This document shows, piece by piece, positions 13,440 through 27,500 of a stretch of 64,000 nt of DNA (within the stretch, counting starts at the first letter, position 1; the number at the start of each line of letters is the position of its first letter). Both the position numbers and the translations under genes were made by a program. The DNA lies in the NCBI GenBank assembly GCA_965645245.1, contig OZ287073.1, positions 1,364,001 through 1,428,000 on the forward strand, read 5' to 3'. This stretch comes from Massalongia carnosa (lineage: Eukaryota). The notes below the pieces were generated by a model. It saw only the letters and a program-made list of their open reading frames with translations. It searched no databases and was not told the origin of the DNA.

Positions 13440-15060
13440 TCAAACTCTTTCCCACTGAATTATCAGCCTAGTTAAACTCGGTTGCGGCAGCTTTAACCCT
13501 GAGGCTACAGAAAGACTAACCCGTGAGGGCTCACTGGATACGACATCTATTTGTTCCGGCGCCTTTCCTTGCTCAGCTGCAAGCTCCTCGATTTCACCAA
13601 TTTTCCAAGCCCGTAAGACAAACATGCATATCGAGGCTGCAATATACATGGCACCTGCAAATAGCTGCGCATGCAAGAAGATGTTTCCACTACCCTGCTT
13701 AAGTTTAAGCCCTATGGGTTCAGAGACTAGAAAAGTTTTAGCAGAACACAACATATGCCACTAACCTAAGATGGTAAATCTTACATGTGGTTGGCAGAAC
13801 AAGTACTAGCCAAGTAAGGGATAAAGCCGAGGGTAGCTTTTTCAATCCCACAACCTCAGCAGTAACAGGCCCGACTGTATTCCAGTAAATCCCTGGAACA
13901 GTTCCTACAAAAGTTGCGAAAAATGTCAAGACCCCAAAGCTTTTAGCAAATGTCCAGAGAATTAAACACAACAGGCCGCAGACGAATGTCAAGAACCCAG
14001 CAATATTGATCAGGCCTACGGCATCGCTGTAGAAGCCTATTATGGGTCGTCCCAGACCTTGTCCCAAATTAAGAGTTGCAGCAATGATGGAGCCTTGCTT
14101 CGAGCTCAAACCAATGCTTAGAGCATAGTTGGGCAAGCTTGATCGAGGTAAGTTATACTGCCAATCTGTCTTATCCTTCGAGCCCGAAACATACCTAAAC
14201 AATAGCACAACGTATCCTAGCATACTGAGAAAGCCCCATCCCAAGGTAAGTAAAAATTCAAACCTTCGAAATAAATTGTAGTCGAAAACCAGCTGTGTCA
14301 CTCCAATAGCCTCGTTTCGGTCTTTGACAAGTAGCGCACAGACAAAATTGACCGAAAAGACAAGTATACCCAAGATCCTAAAGGCCCAGCTGATCCCAAC
14401 CATTTCGATCATCGCGTTTGCTGCCAAACTGTACAACATGCCCCCAATTCCACTTCCCGCCGTGGATATGCCATTTGCGAGGCTTCTTCTCTTTGAGAAC
14501 CATTGAGGTACTATTCCAACAGAACCGACGAAGAGAAACCCTATACCATATCCAAAACACAGCCCTTGGCTAAGGAATAGTTGCCATATCTCACGTGAGA
14601 ACGAGGCACCTATTAGGGCCAGCGTCTCCAAGAAAACACCGATGAGCAGCGTGGTGCGTGTACCATATTCACGGGTTGTGTATGTCGCTAGAGGAGAGAT
14701 AAGGAGAGCTTGAGAGATGGAAAGACCGCCCACGAAAGCAAACTGCAGTGGAGATGCACCTGGATAGTAGTTATTGTCTAGGTAATATGCGAGGAAAACG
14801 CCATAAGACTTGCATGCTGTTAGCTACCATGGAACCTATTATCTATATACAAGTGGCGTACTGGCACTATTAATCCCCCATGTATGTGCATTGATCCAGA
14901 ACACGCAAGCAGTGCATACCCAGCCGTAGCCACCGTCTGGAGGAGCTTCTTCATCTTTGCGGTCTGGGATCAGTGAATTAGACACATTTATAGTCTTTTT
15001 TGGGCATGCTCTTAATCTACTCCCCCCCCTACCACTCGAAAATTTACATCCTTGGTTCAT
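13440..15060 (-). CDS. MFS transporter, monocarboxylate porter (Mch-like) family
   Basis: N-terminal PPDGGYGW motif, VPQWFSKRRSLANGISTAGSGIGG and about 12 hydrophobic segments across spliced ORFs 14839-15060, 13738-14733 and 13440-13754. Start codon uncertain. Confidence 0.88.
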
Positions 15061-15689
15061 GATGTGTATTACACAAGCTGTAACTTAAAGGACTTGAGCT
15101 CAATGAAATCACTGAAGGAACAATACTTCCCCTCAAAATAAAACTTGCTAAATGGTAAAAGATGAAAGAAAAGAATGAAAACAGCGAAAATTTGTTTAAC
15201 TCGTATGTCATTGGGCGGGGCGAGAGGTTCCTCTTTTTGCGCCGAATTTCGGCGTCCTCAATGACATAAATGCCGCTTGCCCAGTGGAAGTCTATATAGT
15301 ACTGAAAGAGTTCCCCTGCTACTTTGGGCAACACTACCTCATTCGGTTAGATCCAACCTCATGCGGTTAGGTTTAACCCGAAAAAGGGAACGCGGCTTGC
15401 GGAACAGTACTGAGTTATCAAATAATGCGGAGAGGACGCCGTACGGAAAGGACCAAAAAGAGGCACCTCATTGCGAGCATGTATTTCATCGTATGATATC
15501 ATAAAACTTTGCAGACCTACTAATCACATCAACCATAGTCGATATCTCGAAACTTGCGTGCTTTTTCGCCCGTTTGCGGTGGGGGGAGGAGGTCTCTTTG
15601 CGAAGCATCAGATTTTCTTTGAAATCGTCCATAAGAGATTTAGCGCGGACTCGATTGGGTTTACGGTGCTTTTCGTGTTATTTACCTAT

Positions 15690-16645
15690 CATCGCAGCTC
15701 TTTTCATCCTAGCCTTTTCATCGCAGCTCCTTTCACCGCTGAATATCAACGTGAACTCGATACAGGAATATTAACGGAAGATACTTTGACGAAAAAAATT
15801 GACGATGATATAGATAAGACTCGAGACGGACGAGCTTATAATCACGTCAAACGACATATAATAGAAAATCGGGTTGGAAGGGAGAAAACGGAGTCGATTA
15901 ATTTTACGCTTCTAGAGTGTCTCATTATCGACAGCTTCGAGAAAATAGACGAATTCAAGATGCACGAGACCAAAAGCTAAAGAAGCTATGCGAAAAGCGG
16001 CGCAAAATGAAAATTGATAACGAGGGAGATAGATATTGAGGCTATTCAAGAGGCTATCTGATAGCTATTTGGGAAACTATTTGGGAGACTATTTGAAAGG
16101 CTATTTGAAAAGCAGCGGAGATTATCTGGGAGACTATTTGGGAGGCTAATTGGAAAGCTATTTGGGAGGCTATTTGGGATATTATTTGATAGCTAAGCAG
16201 AATATCTGGAAGGCTATTTGGGAGGCTATTTGGAAGACTATTTGAAAGCGGTGAAGATTATCTGGGAGGCTATTTGGGAGGCTTTATGCGAGGCTTTATG
16301 CAAGGCTATTTGAGATACTATCTGAAAAGCAGCGGAGACTATTTGGGAGGCTATTTGATAGCTATTTGGGGGAATATTTGGGAGACTATTTGGGAGATAT
16401 TTGAGAGATACTTGGAAGATAATTGAAAGGCTATTTGGGGAGGCTATTTGAAAGGCTTTTTGGGAGGCTTTTGGGAGGCTTTTGGGAGGCTATCTGGGAG
16501 ACTATTTGAAAAGCAGCGGAGACTATTTGAAAGGCTATTTAGGGGCTAGATGTGGGGCCTTATAAAAATCAGCGGAGGCTATCTGGGAGACTATTTGGAA
16601 GATGCTTTGACAGATGCTTTGGCGGGTGCCAAGGAGGAGATAGCG
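15690..16645 (+). pseudogene. Degenerate ORF running into a 4-residue-periodic repeat; probably a mutated repeat or TE relic
   Basis: ORF 15471-15980 continues in frame past stops (KS*RSYAKSGAK*KLITREIDIEAIQEAI*) into the 12-bp tandem array. The sequence is TpA-rich. Confidence 0.45.
16035..16600 (+). repeat. Degenerate 12-bp minisatellite (consensus GAGGCTATTTGG) with a recurring AAAAGCAGCGGAGA variant
   Basis: Dozens of GAGGCTATTTGG / GAGACTATTTGA / GAGGCTATCTGG units read directly. Confidence 0.9.
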
Positions 16646-17286
16646 TAGGGCCGTTGCGGAGCGAAGCGAAGCATGTCCGGAGCAGAAATCAGAGATATTT
16701 TGAGATTCGCATGAAAAAATAGCAAGCCAAATAGTAAGTAAATGAAAAGTAGTAGTAAATTAGATTTTTTCATTCGAAACATCTCAGGTCTGAGATGGCA
16801 CTGTCTCGTATTCTGTACCATTGTGTATCTAACGCTCATATACATACTCTGTATACAATCCAAGTAATCGGAACTATGGTGGGCAAGGGTGTGGTTTCTC
16901 CAAGTTGAATGGCAATAAATGAACCGGACACGTTATAGAGCACTTCGAGATACTATTTACAGAGTAGATGAATCAACGTCTGTGGCTGCTCCATGCGCTT
17001 GGCAACGGGAGTGGCGTAACCGTGTTGGTGGAAGTTTTCTTGGTTAGTGGTTGCCCTGCCATTTGCGTGGCATGTTTACTACCTACGGTAAACTTCGTAA
17101 TTGAAATATCAGCCTACACGCATTCCTAAAATCGTTCTCTCGGTTCTGATTCCTTTAACTAATTTCTAGATTCTCACACTCGCTATTCTTAATGATGTAT
17201 GCAGCATTATTTACCTTGGTATTGATTTTGTAGAGAAGCCCATTAAACCCTACTTCAGCTCTTCTTAATTGGCACTATTAGCAAAC

Positions 17287-19964
17287 ATGCTTCCCAAAGC
17301 GAGAAACAGAGAAACCCACATTAACCAAGCCACAGCTTCTTTATCACTTAGAACAGCAGAGCGTGTCAGTCAATTGCCATTTCCTTCAAATCACTCATCC
17401 CGCTCGTCTCCTCTAAAGTTCTTCGCGTCGGCAACCGTACCCAAACCCGACCCTCCTGCAGATCCACAAAAAGTGTGGAAGGCGGAGTTTCTCAAAGATC
17501 TACGCTCCAACAGACCAGTTAGACCAAATGGCTCAAGACCACAGCCAGATCGAGAAAAAACTCTCAGTCCGACCCGTGAGCTGGAGACTCCACTCCGAAC
17601 TTCATCGGCAATGTCAGGATCTGTTAAACGATCAGAAACAATCAGCCCTTATGTACTTGACAGATGTGCAAGTGCAATGTCACATCGGCGGGTTCCATCA
17701 GAGATGACCGGAGCAGATGGAGCAATCAATCGCAAGGGAAGACCCCTGGCTCAAAAGCCTCTACTGGGTGGAACCATACGGGACTCTTCTGCTACAACCA
17801 GAACATCTATGGTTACACCTAGCGCTACCTACAGGGAGAGCGGCCACCGGTGGATGGAAAAGCAGGAGGCTCGGTCTTTGAGAGAAGCGCTTGAAGACAT
17901 AGACCTAAAGGACGAAGTAAGCTTGCATGCTGCTGCGCAAGACGAGGCATCAGAGCTTGTTTGGAGACACCAGAACCCACATGTACCATACAAAAACCCC
18001 GATGCCCCCTATAACTATAAAGCGCACCTACAGAAAGGAAGCTATGGTAGAAGTCAAAGTATTGGGCCACACGCAGACTTGAAAGCGTCCGGGGAAACAA
18101 TCGCCCTGGGAACACGATTGATTTCTGAGCACTCTACATCAGAAAAAGGCGGTTTTGGTCGGGTCTCAAGCGGTTCTTCTCTTGAATATGGAAATGTAGC
18201 TGGGCAGGTAAAGCAGAACGGTGGCACAAGCTATGCTCTTTGGGACTCCCCCGAGAAGAAAGCATATATGAGCAATAAGTTCCCAGTGCCTCCCGTTAAA
18301 ATTTCCGGGCGTCGTCGATCTAGCGGATCTAGATCTGGGAAAGTAAGCGGAGGACTTTTCAGAAATCCAGCTGATCAGATTTTCGAGGAACCAGAGGACG
18401 TGAGGCCTGAGACAAGCTCGCTAGCGGATGATGCTCCGGCTCCGCTGCAAGTCAAGGCTCGGAATCCGATTTCCAAACTTCCGACTGCGAATCGACTATT
18501 CTTGCGCTCGGGGAGTGTTCCTGCGGAGGGTAACCAGAAGCTTGTACAGTCTGATATCCACAAAAACCCTCCTTCTCAGTCGCGTGATCCATCTTATTTA
18601 CAAAATACCTTATCACCGACACCAGCTAATTCCAAAGATATTGGTGATAGCGAACCTCGTTCAGGTACTCTGCGTCAAAAGAACGGGATGGAAATACGGA
18701 GCGATGACATCCGAGCTGCTACCAGTATGCGCCTGAAGGATAGAAGCCCGAAGCTGCCTTCGCCCACCGTTGTTAGCGATCGTCCAGGAAGGCCAATTGT
18801 GAGTTTTGATAAGAATTGGAAGCCTCGAGAAATCAATCTCAAGCATGGCGAACCTGTGCAACCACGTTCCTCAAGCCGCGGTGACCCAGACACGAGATCT
18901 CTTATGCAACAACCCCTGAAGCCGCAATTTCCGGAGTCGACAGTCTCAGCCCCAGCAATCCCAATTATCAACTTTCCAGAGCCTCCTTCGATTCAAGTCA
19001 ATGATGAGCCTGTCAGCGAGCTCCCGTTATCCGATCCTTCCGTTTCGTCTTTGATTCCTAGTATTTCCATTGAAGACGCTCCTCTGATACCTCGCAATCT
19101 TCCGACCCCCACAAGCAAACCCCGTGCTAAACCCCCAAATCGGCCTTTGCCTAGTCACTCGTCTACAGCCCCTGTGCCAAACTCTACGTCGCATTGGTCC
19201 CCTTTCCCCAATATCCATCGTGCGACTGCACAGTGCGCTGCCTGCGCGCTTCCAATTGCCGGCCGTATCGTTAGCGCCTCATCTCAACGGTTTCACCCAC
19301 ACTGCTTCACATGCCACCACTGCGCAGCTCTCCTCGAACATGTTGCCTTCTATCCTGAACCCTCAACTTCGCGAGACTCCAGGCTCGGACGCATCAATTC
19401 TCGTGCCAATGGCGAAGACGTTCGCGAGGAAGAAGGAAAGACTAGTAATGATGATGGTGACGCTGGGCTGCGGTTCTTCTGTCATTTGGATTTCCACGAA
19501 AATTTTAGCCCGCGGTGTCGCAGCTGCAAAACCCCGATCGAGGGCGAGGTAGTTGTTGCGTGTGGTGGCGAGTGGCATGTGGGACATTTCTTTTGCGCTG
19601 AGTGCGGCGATCCATTCGATGCGAAGACGCCGTTCGTAGAACGGGAAGGGTATGCCTGGTGTGTCGAGTGCCACACGAAGAGGTTCAGCGGCAAATGTAA
19701 GGGATGTAGGAAGCCTATTGTAGAATTGGTGGTCAGGGCGCTTGGTGGTGAGTGGCATGAAGGATGCTTCTGTTGCAAGGTATGGTTTTAATTTATCCTT
19801 CTTTCTATACCTGATTAGGTTGTGAAAGCATACCATAAGAAGCATGAACGTTAATTGCTTTTTAGGAATGCGGAGGTGGGTTTTCGGACGGAAGATTCTT
19901 TACCCGGGGCGACGAGGAGACACCCGTTTGCGTAGCATGTGAGGAGCGAAGACTGAAGGCTTAG
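17287..19964 (+). CDS. LIM-domain protein (paxillin-like), three C-terminal LIM domains
   Basis: Long ORF with CAAC..FHPHCFTCHHC, CRSC..WHVGHFFCAEC, CKGC..WHEGCFCCK. Intron about 19780-19865, then ECGGGF..PVCVACEERRLKA* (TAG at 19962-19964). Confidence 0.9.
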
Positions 19965-20263
19965 TCTGGGGATGGGAGGAGTTCCTTGAGTCATGAAGTG
20001 CTCCTTGCAGGTTCGAGGGGCTAAAGATAGGGACTGTATGGAACAACTCAAAAGTTTTCAGAGCTGAAGTGCTGCTTAATGATTGAGGCTTTTGGGCATT
20101 ACGATCGCTTTTTTATCTCCGGATGTCAAACGGCGTGAGCTTATGTTTTGATGAAGAGTAGTATCCTTGGCACTTGAACGGCATCACTGGTTTTCCATAG
20201 AAAATGAGAATTAAGGTAAAGGAAATGTAGCATCGGGCGCTATAAATACCTATACCTACCTTA

Positions 20264-20310
20264 AGGGCGGTTGGGGGTTTTCGGACATGGTCTTGGAATG
20301 GTCTCAAGAT
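20264..20310 (+). repeat. Left terminal inverted repeat of the 9.6-kb element
   Basis: 13-bp perfect match to the right TIR, then a near match and the TGGTCTCAAGAT motif. Confidence 0.85.
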
Positions 20311-21071
20311 CTGTTCCCGGTTTGTATGTTTTTTTGAGCGCTTTCCTGATTGAGATGACTCAACATTGTCCTGCACGTGTAAGATAGCTTAAAATTCTGC
20401 TTCTGTTTGGTGAGAAATATCTGCAGATCATATAGAGTCTGATATCATTTGGAAAATACGATATGAAAAGGATATATCTTAGTGAACATTCATATTGGTA
20501 TGAACAGTGCTTTGCATTAAAGAGCATCTGACAATGATTTGAAGATCGTCTCAGTTTTGAAAAGATCTCAAGACCTTCTGTTCCGGATAAAACGATCAGA
20601 AAACAATCCTATAAAAGAGATATCACGTCCATGCAACCTCGTTACAGCTGAGTTGTATTCGAGTTCACATGCTGTATTCGCCCAAATGATGATTAGGGAA
20701 ACAAGTTATTGATTTAGTGACAGCTTCTAATTTACAGCTCTATGAATGCTATCATCCTCATGCCATGTTTCCTGTTCTCGTTGCTATCTCGCACGATCTA
20801 GTCTTGAATGGCTCCATCGAGTCATTCCCGTACCTCCTCTCACAACATGTATGAAACCGATGAAACAAGCAGACAAGAGACGTGCCTTGAGGACCTGAAG
20901 GATAAGACTGTTAGCTTGAATTGCAATATGCGCAGAGAACACAACGTACCAAGCGACCATGGAGAAGAAAGGGCAGCCTGACGCAACAAATAAATTAGTC
21001 TTAGTTCTTTCATACAAGTTTGAATGGGATAGATCAAGCACCGAATTTATGATGGAGAGTGTCGGCAAAAC

Positions 21072-24000
21072 TCAGCTGTTTTGACCTGACAAACCCTTCT
21101 CGCCTGAGGAGATTCCAGAGGAGATTTCTAAGACGGCCTTCTCGGAAACGGCTTTCTCGGAGACGTCCTCCTCGGAAACGGCCTTCTCGGAAAAATCCTT
21201 CTCGGAAATGGCCTTCTCCAAGAGAGCCTGCTTTGGCATGACTCTAGGTTCTCTATCGTCTGTCAGCTGTAGTTGCATCATCAATGTCAGCAGAATGGGA
21301 AGAACTCTCACAAAACTCCAGCAGCATTGAGTATGCTCAAACATTGCTTGACATGTTGTTCTTCCACCTGCAATTTAGCTTTGATAGCATTCGACACTTT
21401 GCTTGGTAATTTATCATAAGTGACGTGAGGACTAATCCTCATATATTGCTGATCTTGACCAAACCGAGCATGAAAGAGTAGCCTCAACGCTCGATCAAGT
21501 ATTTCAACGTCGTTTAAATCCTCGACAGTGTAGATTCTTGTCGGTGACAAGCTCAACAAGTATCGCAAGTTCATTTCATCTTGATTGTATTGCTCCTGCT
21601 CGATTGGAGTTAGTTTGCTGTAATTTTGTCTCAACTTCTTGGTCGTTATCGTCTCCAAAACAATATCTTTCAAGGCAGTTATCTCATCTCCGTCTTCATC
21701 ACTTTGAAAAGCATCATCACTATCATCCGATGTCACCTCGGATTCTTCGTCATAGTTTTCCTCTTCGTTCTCACTGTCCTTAAATGATGAGTCTTCCTCC
21801 AACCGATCAGAAATTTCTTCATCCACATCTTCGTCCATGGATGCTTTGCCCTTCAACTTACGGCGCTTACCTTGACCATACTCTTGATAAACATCATCTT
21901 GCAGCATTGTATTCGCGAATCTGTCAGGTCTCTGACGTTTTCGGGGTGCAGGATTCGTGACTGTATTTTCGAGATCAATGTCCATTGAATCTTGCACCGT
22001 GATAGCTAATCTACCGTCGGTCTCCTCGTCAAACTCGACATTCATCGGGTTATTTGAACCCTCTGTGGGAAGAAAATTCGTTTCCTTCAGAATCTCGTGT
22101 CCTCTCTGACTCTCGTGTGCCTCTTTGACGTATTTATTCGACTCATTCAATAAGTCGACAAGCAGGTTCTGCACCTCTGACGAAAAGGATCGACTTTGCA
22201 GTCTCCGATGAGGGTACAAACGCTTCTGTCAAGCAGCTGTGCTTGACCGTGCTTGGAAATGAACTTCATGCCGAGTATTATCTTGCAGATAGCAATAGGT
22301 GGACCGGTCTGTGATGCGCTGCCTGTAAAAGCGTTTTGAATGTCGAAAAATCGTTTGAGATCATGAACGGAAACGGGCTTTTCAAGACATGTTAGAGTCA
22401 ACTTCAAACTGATATGAGATTGAATAAATACCTCAGCTGAGAGAAGTGCGGTCTCGCTATGAGTTTGAGCTTGTTGTAGCTCTTCTCGCACCTTTTATTG
22501 AGCTTCAAGATACTATTATCTTTCAAAGCCTTGCGCATCTGACCGCAGACTTTGTCCAGTACATGATGTTGCCAGCGTAGCAGACCTTCTTCGGTAAAAA
22601 CATCGAAGTTTTCATGGTATAGAAGCATTGCCGAGTGTTGCTTTGAGTCAAAATATGACTGCGGAATGGCTTTTTTCCGCGCAGTCGTGGAATCAGTAGA
22701 CAAAAATTGCTGCAGTTTATCCTGCAAAGACCGCGAATAGGGTTCTTTCATTAAGCTAGAGTCCATGTTTTCTGAGTCATTTTGCATTGGCATAGTGTCC
22801 TCGAGCGCTTGTGACGTTTGTGACATCTTCTCGAAAGCTTCATCAATAGATTGCGTGCTCACTAGATTGACCACAGATCTCACAGCTACATCGTTGTCTT
22901 CCGTCACCTAAATGTCTTTCAGAATTGCCAAGAGTGGTCCGTCATGCTCATAGTCAAAGTCTTCATGCTCCTCAATGATATGCAGATTATAAGAGAATAT
23001 GAACTCGTCCACATCCTTTTTGGCAAGAAATTCCAGGACCTCCGACCAGGAAGCTCCAGTAGACGGGTGCTTTAGGTCGTAGATCAACAACTCTCGTATC
23101 GGTATGTCTGTATTTCTTACACTAAGACTCATTGTCAAGAAGTCTACACGAAGCTGTTAAGTGGAGCTGTCGGCGCAGAGTATCTCGCCACATCTCACCA
23201 GTTGGATATGCACATGGATCTCGCTCTACTTGCACATTGCTCTCGGGAAGGCGTAAACCATTGAACACGATAAACTCCTGAACATGCTTGTCAAGCTTTG
23301 AACTGAATTCGGTCTTCTGATGACGATCCAGATACAATATGAAAGATTTTCGTATCAATTCGGTTGGCTCGACAGAAGCAATAGTAATAGAAAGATCATC
23401 TTGCGACTCCTCAGGCCGCATCCAAGAGGGTATCATGTCAGCAGAGATCAAAGTGGATGCGTATGGTGAGCTTTTTGCCTTGACGAATGTTTCCCTCCAC
23501 TTTGTTGGCGCGAGGACACATTGTAAGGGCTTTAAAATCGAGTTGGTCCGGCTATACCTTTCTAACTCGTCTTCTTTGAACTTTTGCAAGGGACCCAGTT
23601 TGGGATACTGTATGACAGTGTCATTGTATGCGGGAATCTTGATATCCGGTATATTCGAACTTAGAATTTGTTCAAATCGGTTTGAAGCCGCTCTGTGTTT
23701 TTCAACATCATAAGATCTAGTGGATGAGGCTTCATCAATGGCTTCTGCGAGCCGAAAAAGTATGGCGGCATATAGATAGTCTCTGCTATCATTGTTTTGA
23801 CGCCTGTTGGCCCTATCATCCTGATCTGCAATGGGATACTTTGAAAGAAGCTGACCTAAGTCAGCTGGAAAAGCATCTGACAGGTCAGGAAGATTTCGAA
23901 GAAGCGCCAGAGGAGTTTTGACACTTCTCTGTTGACAGTTTTGATGGTATGGAATATACCATTCCAGTACAACATTACTGAACCGAAACTTTCTATATTC

Positions 24001-24212
24001 GGCGACATCGCTGTATCCTAAATAAGGGGCTGTCTTTGGTTCATTCTTGAAAAACTTGGCATGAGTGTCCAAGTTCTCATTTGTCATCTTCTTATCTATA
24101 TCCTTCTTTACTGCTCTCCTCGTTTTTCTAGGCGTGATCGGGATCGTCTGAAAAAAGGTAAGTTAAAAGCTTTAGATGAAGATATCATAAGAAATAAACA
24201 TTTTCTTCCATG
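21072..24212 (-). pseudogene. Element-borne gene 2: roughly 1000-codon protein of unknown function, frameshifted
   Basis: Chain of abutting or overlapping minus-strand ORFs (23122-24087, 22908-23138, 22404-22907, 22147-22491, 21308-22219, 21072-21344). NLS-like PRKRQRP and KRRKLKGK, an acidic tract, and a C-terminal EKAVS repeat. No recognised domain. Confidence 0.7.
21130..21225 (-). repeat. 15-bp coding tandem repeat (EKAIS/EKDFS/EKAVS/EEDVS) at the end of element gene 2
   Basis: About 6 units of GAGAAGGCCGTTTCC-like sequence. Confidence 0.85.
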
Positions 24213-24531
24213 ATGTGGATAAGTAGAGGCTGAAACCTGTGATAGTAATGTGAGATGAGGTTGTATCTCAAAATCAAGTCAGGCGATCATACCAGTTTAA
24301 GAACTGATGATCGAGAAGAGATCGATAGTAGTACTCAGATGGAGAAGGAATGAGCAACAGGATTGAAAGAACAAATTAATGACGGATGGGAAGGAAGGTA
24401 AAGATGAGAAGAAAGGTAAAGATGAAAGAGGATAGATGAAGTGAAATGAAGATCAACGTTGATCTTTGGGGCTAGCGAAAGTGTTGTCCTAAATTCACAC
24501 AGTATCAGTTCAGTCGTCATGACGATTTTTT

Positions 24532-27500
24532 TTACAAAAAGTTGACTCTCCATGTACAATGTAACAAATCCATATCTGATTCTTTTTTACTGTTTGAACT
24601 TATTGTCGACATGACATGTGAGGATACTGGCTCCTTGAGCGTACGATTAACAGGAACAATGTAGATCTTATCTGGATCAACAAAGAATAACGGGATCACT
24701 CTATCCGTGTCTGTCAATTGAAAGATGCTCAAATTTAGGACCTCATCTTTATAGGAAGCGGTCTTTAGCGGTCGAGTCCAAAGGAACACTCTCTGAATAT
24801 TCTCAAATGGTAGACAGTGAGTATAAATTTGTCGAAGCTGAGCATATGTGCCAGAGCGGAGTCGAAGAAAGTCGCCAATATGCAATGAGAAACGTTTGCC
24901 GGTTGACCTGACAGTAAAGGAGCATTGTTCATACCAGTACAAAGGCTTGTTTCCCCATTGAACGCCATTAAGGCCATACCCGGTCATAGCAGTCTGCATC
25001 AGTTGCCTAAATCGGAGCTCTCTGGAGTTGGTTATTCTGGTAGGAAGACTTTGATTTTGTACATAGGAAAGTTTGAGCTTTCCCCGCACTGCAGGTTTTA
25101 GATATGAGTGAGATTCTAATAGACAGTTATTTTTCGACTCCTGATCGTCTGTTTGTGAGCGATCCCCGTGGAATAATAGATTTTCAAGAAGAGCTGGGCA
25201 GTTCCACTTCAAACGAATCATTTGCAGAGTGATCTCCGGATCGGTATCACGAAATGAGCCGTTCAAAAGAGCGACGACAGTGAAGAGGATAGCGGCTTTC
25301 ACTAAAAGCTGTCGCTCTGGCTTTCGATGATTTGTTGACAATACGGCTTCCTTAAAAAGCGATGTTTGTCTTCTCCAAAGAGAACATTAACGTTCCACAG
25401 AACACCATACTCCTGCATGACTCTTTCGAAATGCATACCGATATGAAAGTTTGGCAGCTTATCGGCCTCGCCATTCCGAGTAGTCACTGATGCAGAAGTC
25501 TCATGTCGGGATCTGACACAAGATTATCAACGGACGTCTCTTCAAATGGAGTTTCCGTATCACCAATAAGGGAGTTTATGGATGTTTCAGAAATAGATGC
25601 TCGTCTAGAACTGGAAGATAACTCTTCAGTGACAGACTCACTTTTCTCGTTGTCTTTCTTCTTTCCTTGTCGTTTTCGATTTTGTGCTGCATTCATCAAA
25701 CCTAGAAAACATTGTCGAGCATTGACGATTTGACTGTGAAACTCTTGACGATCTTTGAGGGATAAGTAATTCGAAAGACGAGATTAACGTATTACTCCAT
25801 GCGAGTCTCCCAAAGCAAAATACTATCAAATCTTCATCTGAAGCGCAATGGCGACATTCTTTAGGAAACTGAACTTTCAATCCATTTCGAAAAGGCTGTC
25901 GTACTTGATGGTTTCTTAACCAACAGCGAAGAAGTAGAGGTATTACGACTGAGGCACGAGCGCATTCGCTCATACTCCACGAGGCCATATGAATAGCCGG
26001 AGACTGTATTCGGCCCCAGCCAGGTGGAAACGGAAGACAGTGCAAGGCAGCTGTAAACTCTTCAGCAGCCCGTTTCGTGAGTATTTTCGTGTAAAGAAGA
26101 GAGTACAATCTTCGTACCAGTCCATAATACTCGCTATGAGCCGGATCCGGTGGATAACTCATGATAAGATCAAGCGCCGGGGTTAATGTCTGAAGCGCAG
26201 AAGATTCGGGTTTGAGCCCATTTCGTGTAAGATATGCCAGTCTCTTTGTCTTTCCTTTTATTGCTAGGCTTTTTTTTCGTATAGCCAACACCTCATGATG
26301 ATAACGACTATGAAGTAGAATGTCCCGCTGCAAATCTTCTCGATTATGGAGGCCCGCATCACAAAAGCGACAACAATAGTTGGCACGTGGCCCAAGAAAC
26401 CCTCCGGAGGCTTGCTGCTGCTTCATATCACCAAGATATGCTAGAATCGGGGCCCAAGCCGCATGTTTCTGTCCATTGATTTCAAGAATGCAACCACGAT
26501 CCATGTTTCCCAAACTGGTTTGAAGACAGTTCATCACGTCGTTAAACTCGGATCCGTGCGGGCCAAGAGCAATGGTGTAAGCATTAAAACTCTTTTGACG
26601 TTCCGAGGCGGGCAAGCCTGCTGGCATGGCATAGACACCAGTGATGGAACGATACATGTTTCGATATAACCCGAAATCGTCGATGAAAATGACAAGGGGA
26701 TATGACTGAACTCCTTTAATTAGCTGTGAGATTAGGTACTCTCGACCAAAGACTTCTAATTCTAATTCCGCTCGAATCGGGGATGAAAGATTGATTGATC
26801 TAAGATCTCCTCGCGTGACGTTGACTATCTGGCGAATTAAGACAGGCGTTGTAGACCGTACCTGATCATTCCTACAAATTGCAACATCGAAACGGCGAGC
26901 TAGAACATGCTCGGATAAGACATCTTGATCCGCGTCTTCTATCAAAAGCAACTGATCTTCGGGCCAGTCAAACGTGACTGGAACTGGATATTCGTTGACG
27001 TTCTTTCTACTTATCAAAGGACGAATCCTGACAAGAGTTTGACCTAGGGTCAAAGATCGCGATCTTTGATCACGTCCAAAAATATGACTGTCCGCAGTGA
27101 CTATCATGAATAATCCCACATTTATCATTGCCACAGCGATACTGCACAATGTCAGAGGGAAAAATAGGAGATGAATCGGGAAATCTCGCAAAATCAGTGG
27201 AACATGTACGTATAGAAGAACCCCAACTGTTCGAATGCCAGTATTCTGAAGGACTATCAACGATCTCTGCCATACCGATATGAATGTTTCGTTGAGTTGT
27301 GGCTGAAAGTAAGATACTGATAACAGTTCGAGCATCGAAGTAATAGACGTTGGCTTGAGCCGGTCTTGGTGTTCCGGTGACTTGTTTTTCTCGTCGTACT
27401 GATACCGCTGCCTTCTGAATGGATGGAAGAGGAAGGCGCTTACGGCACCAGGAGTGCAAAGTTGATAGTCGCTTTGGCAAATTTCGCACTTCATGAGTGT

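Noticed and set aside
16035..16600. CRISPR-like array
   Set aside because: Contiguous degenerate 12-bp units without unique spacers, eukaryotic context and no cas genes.
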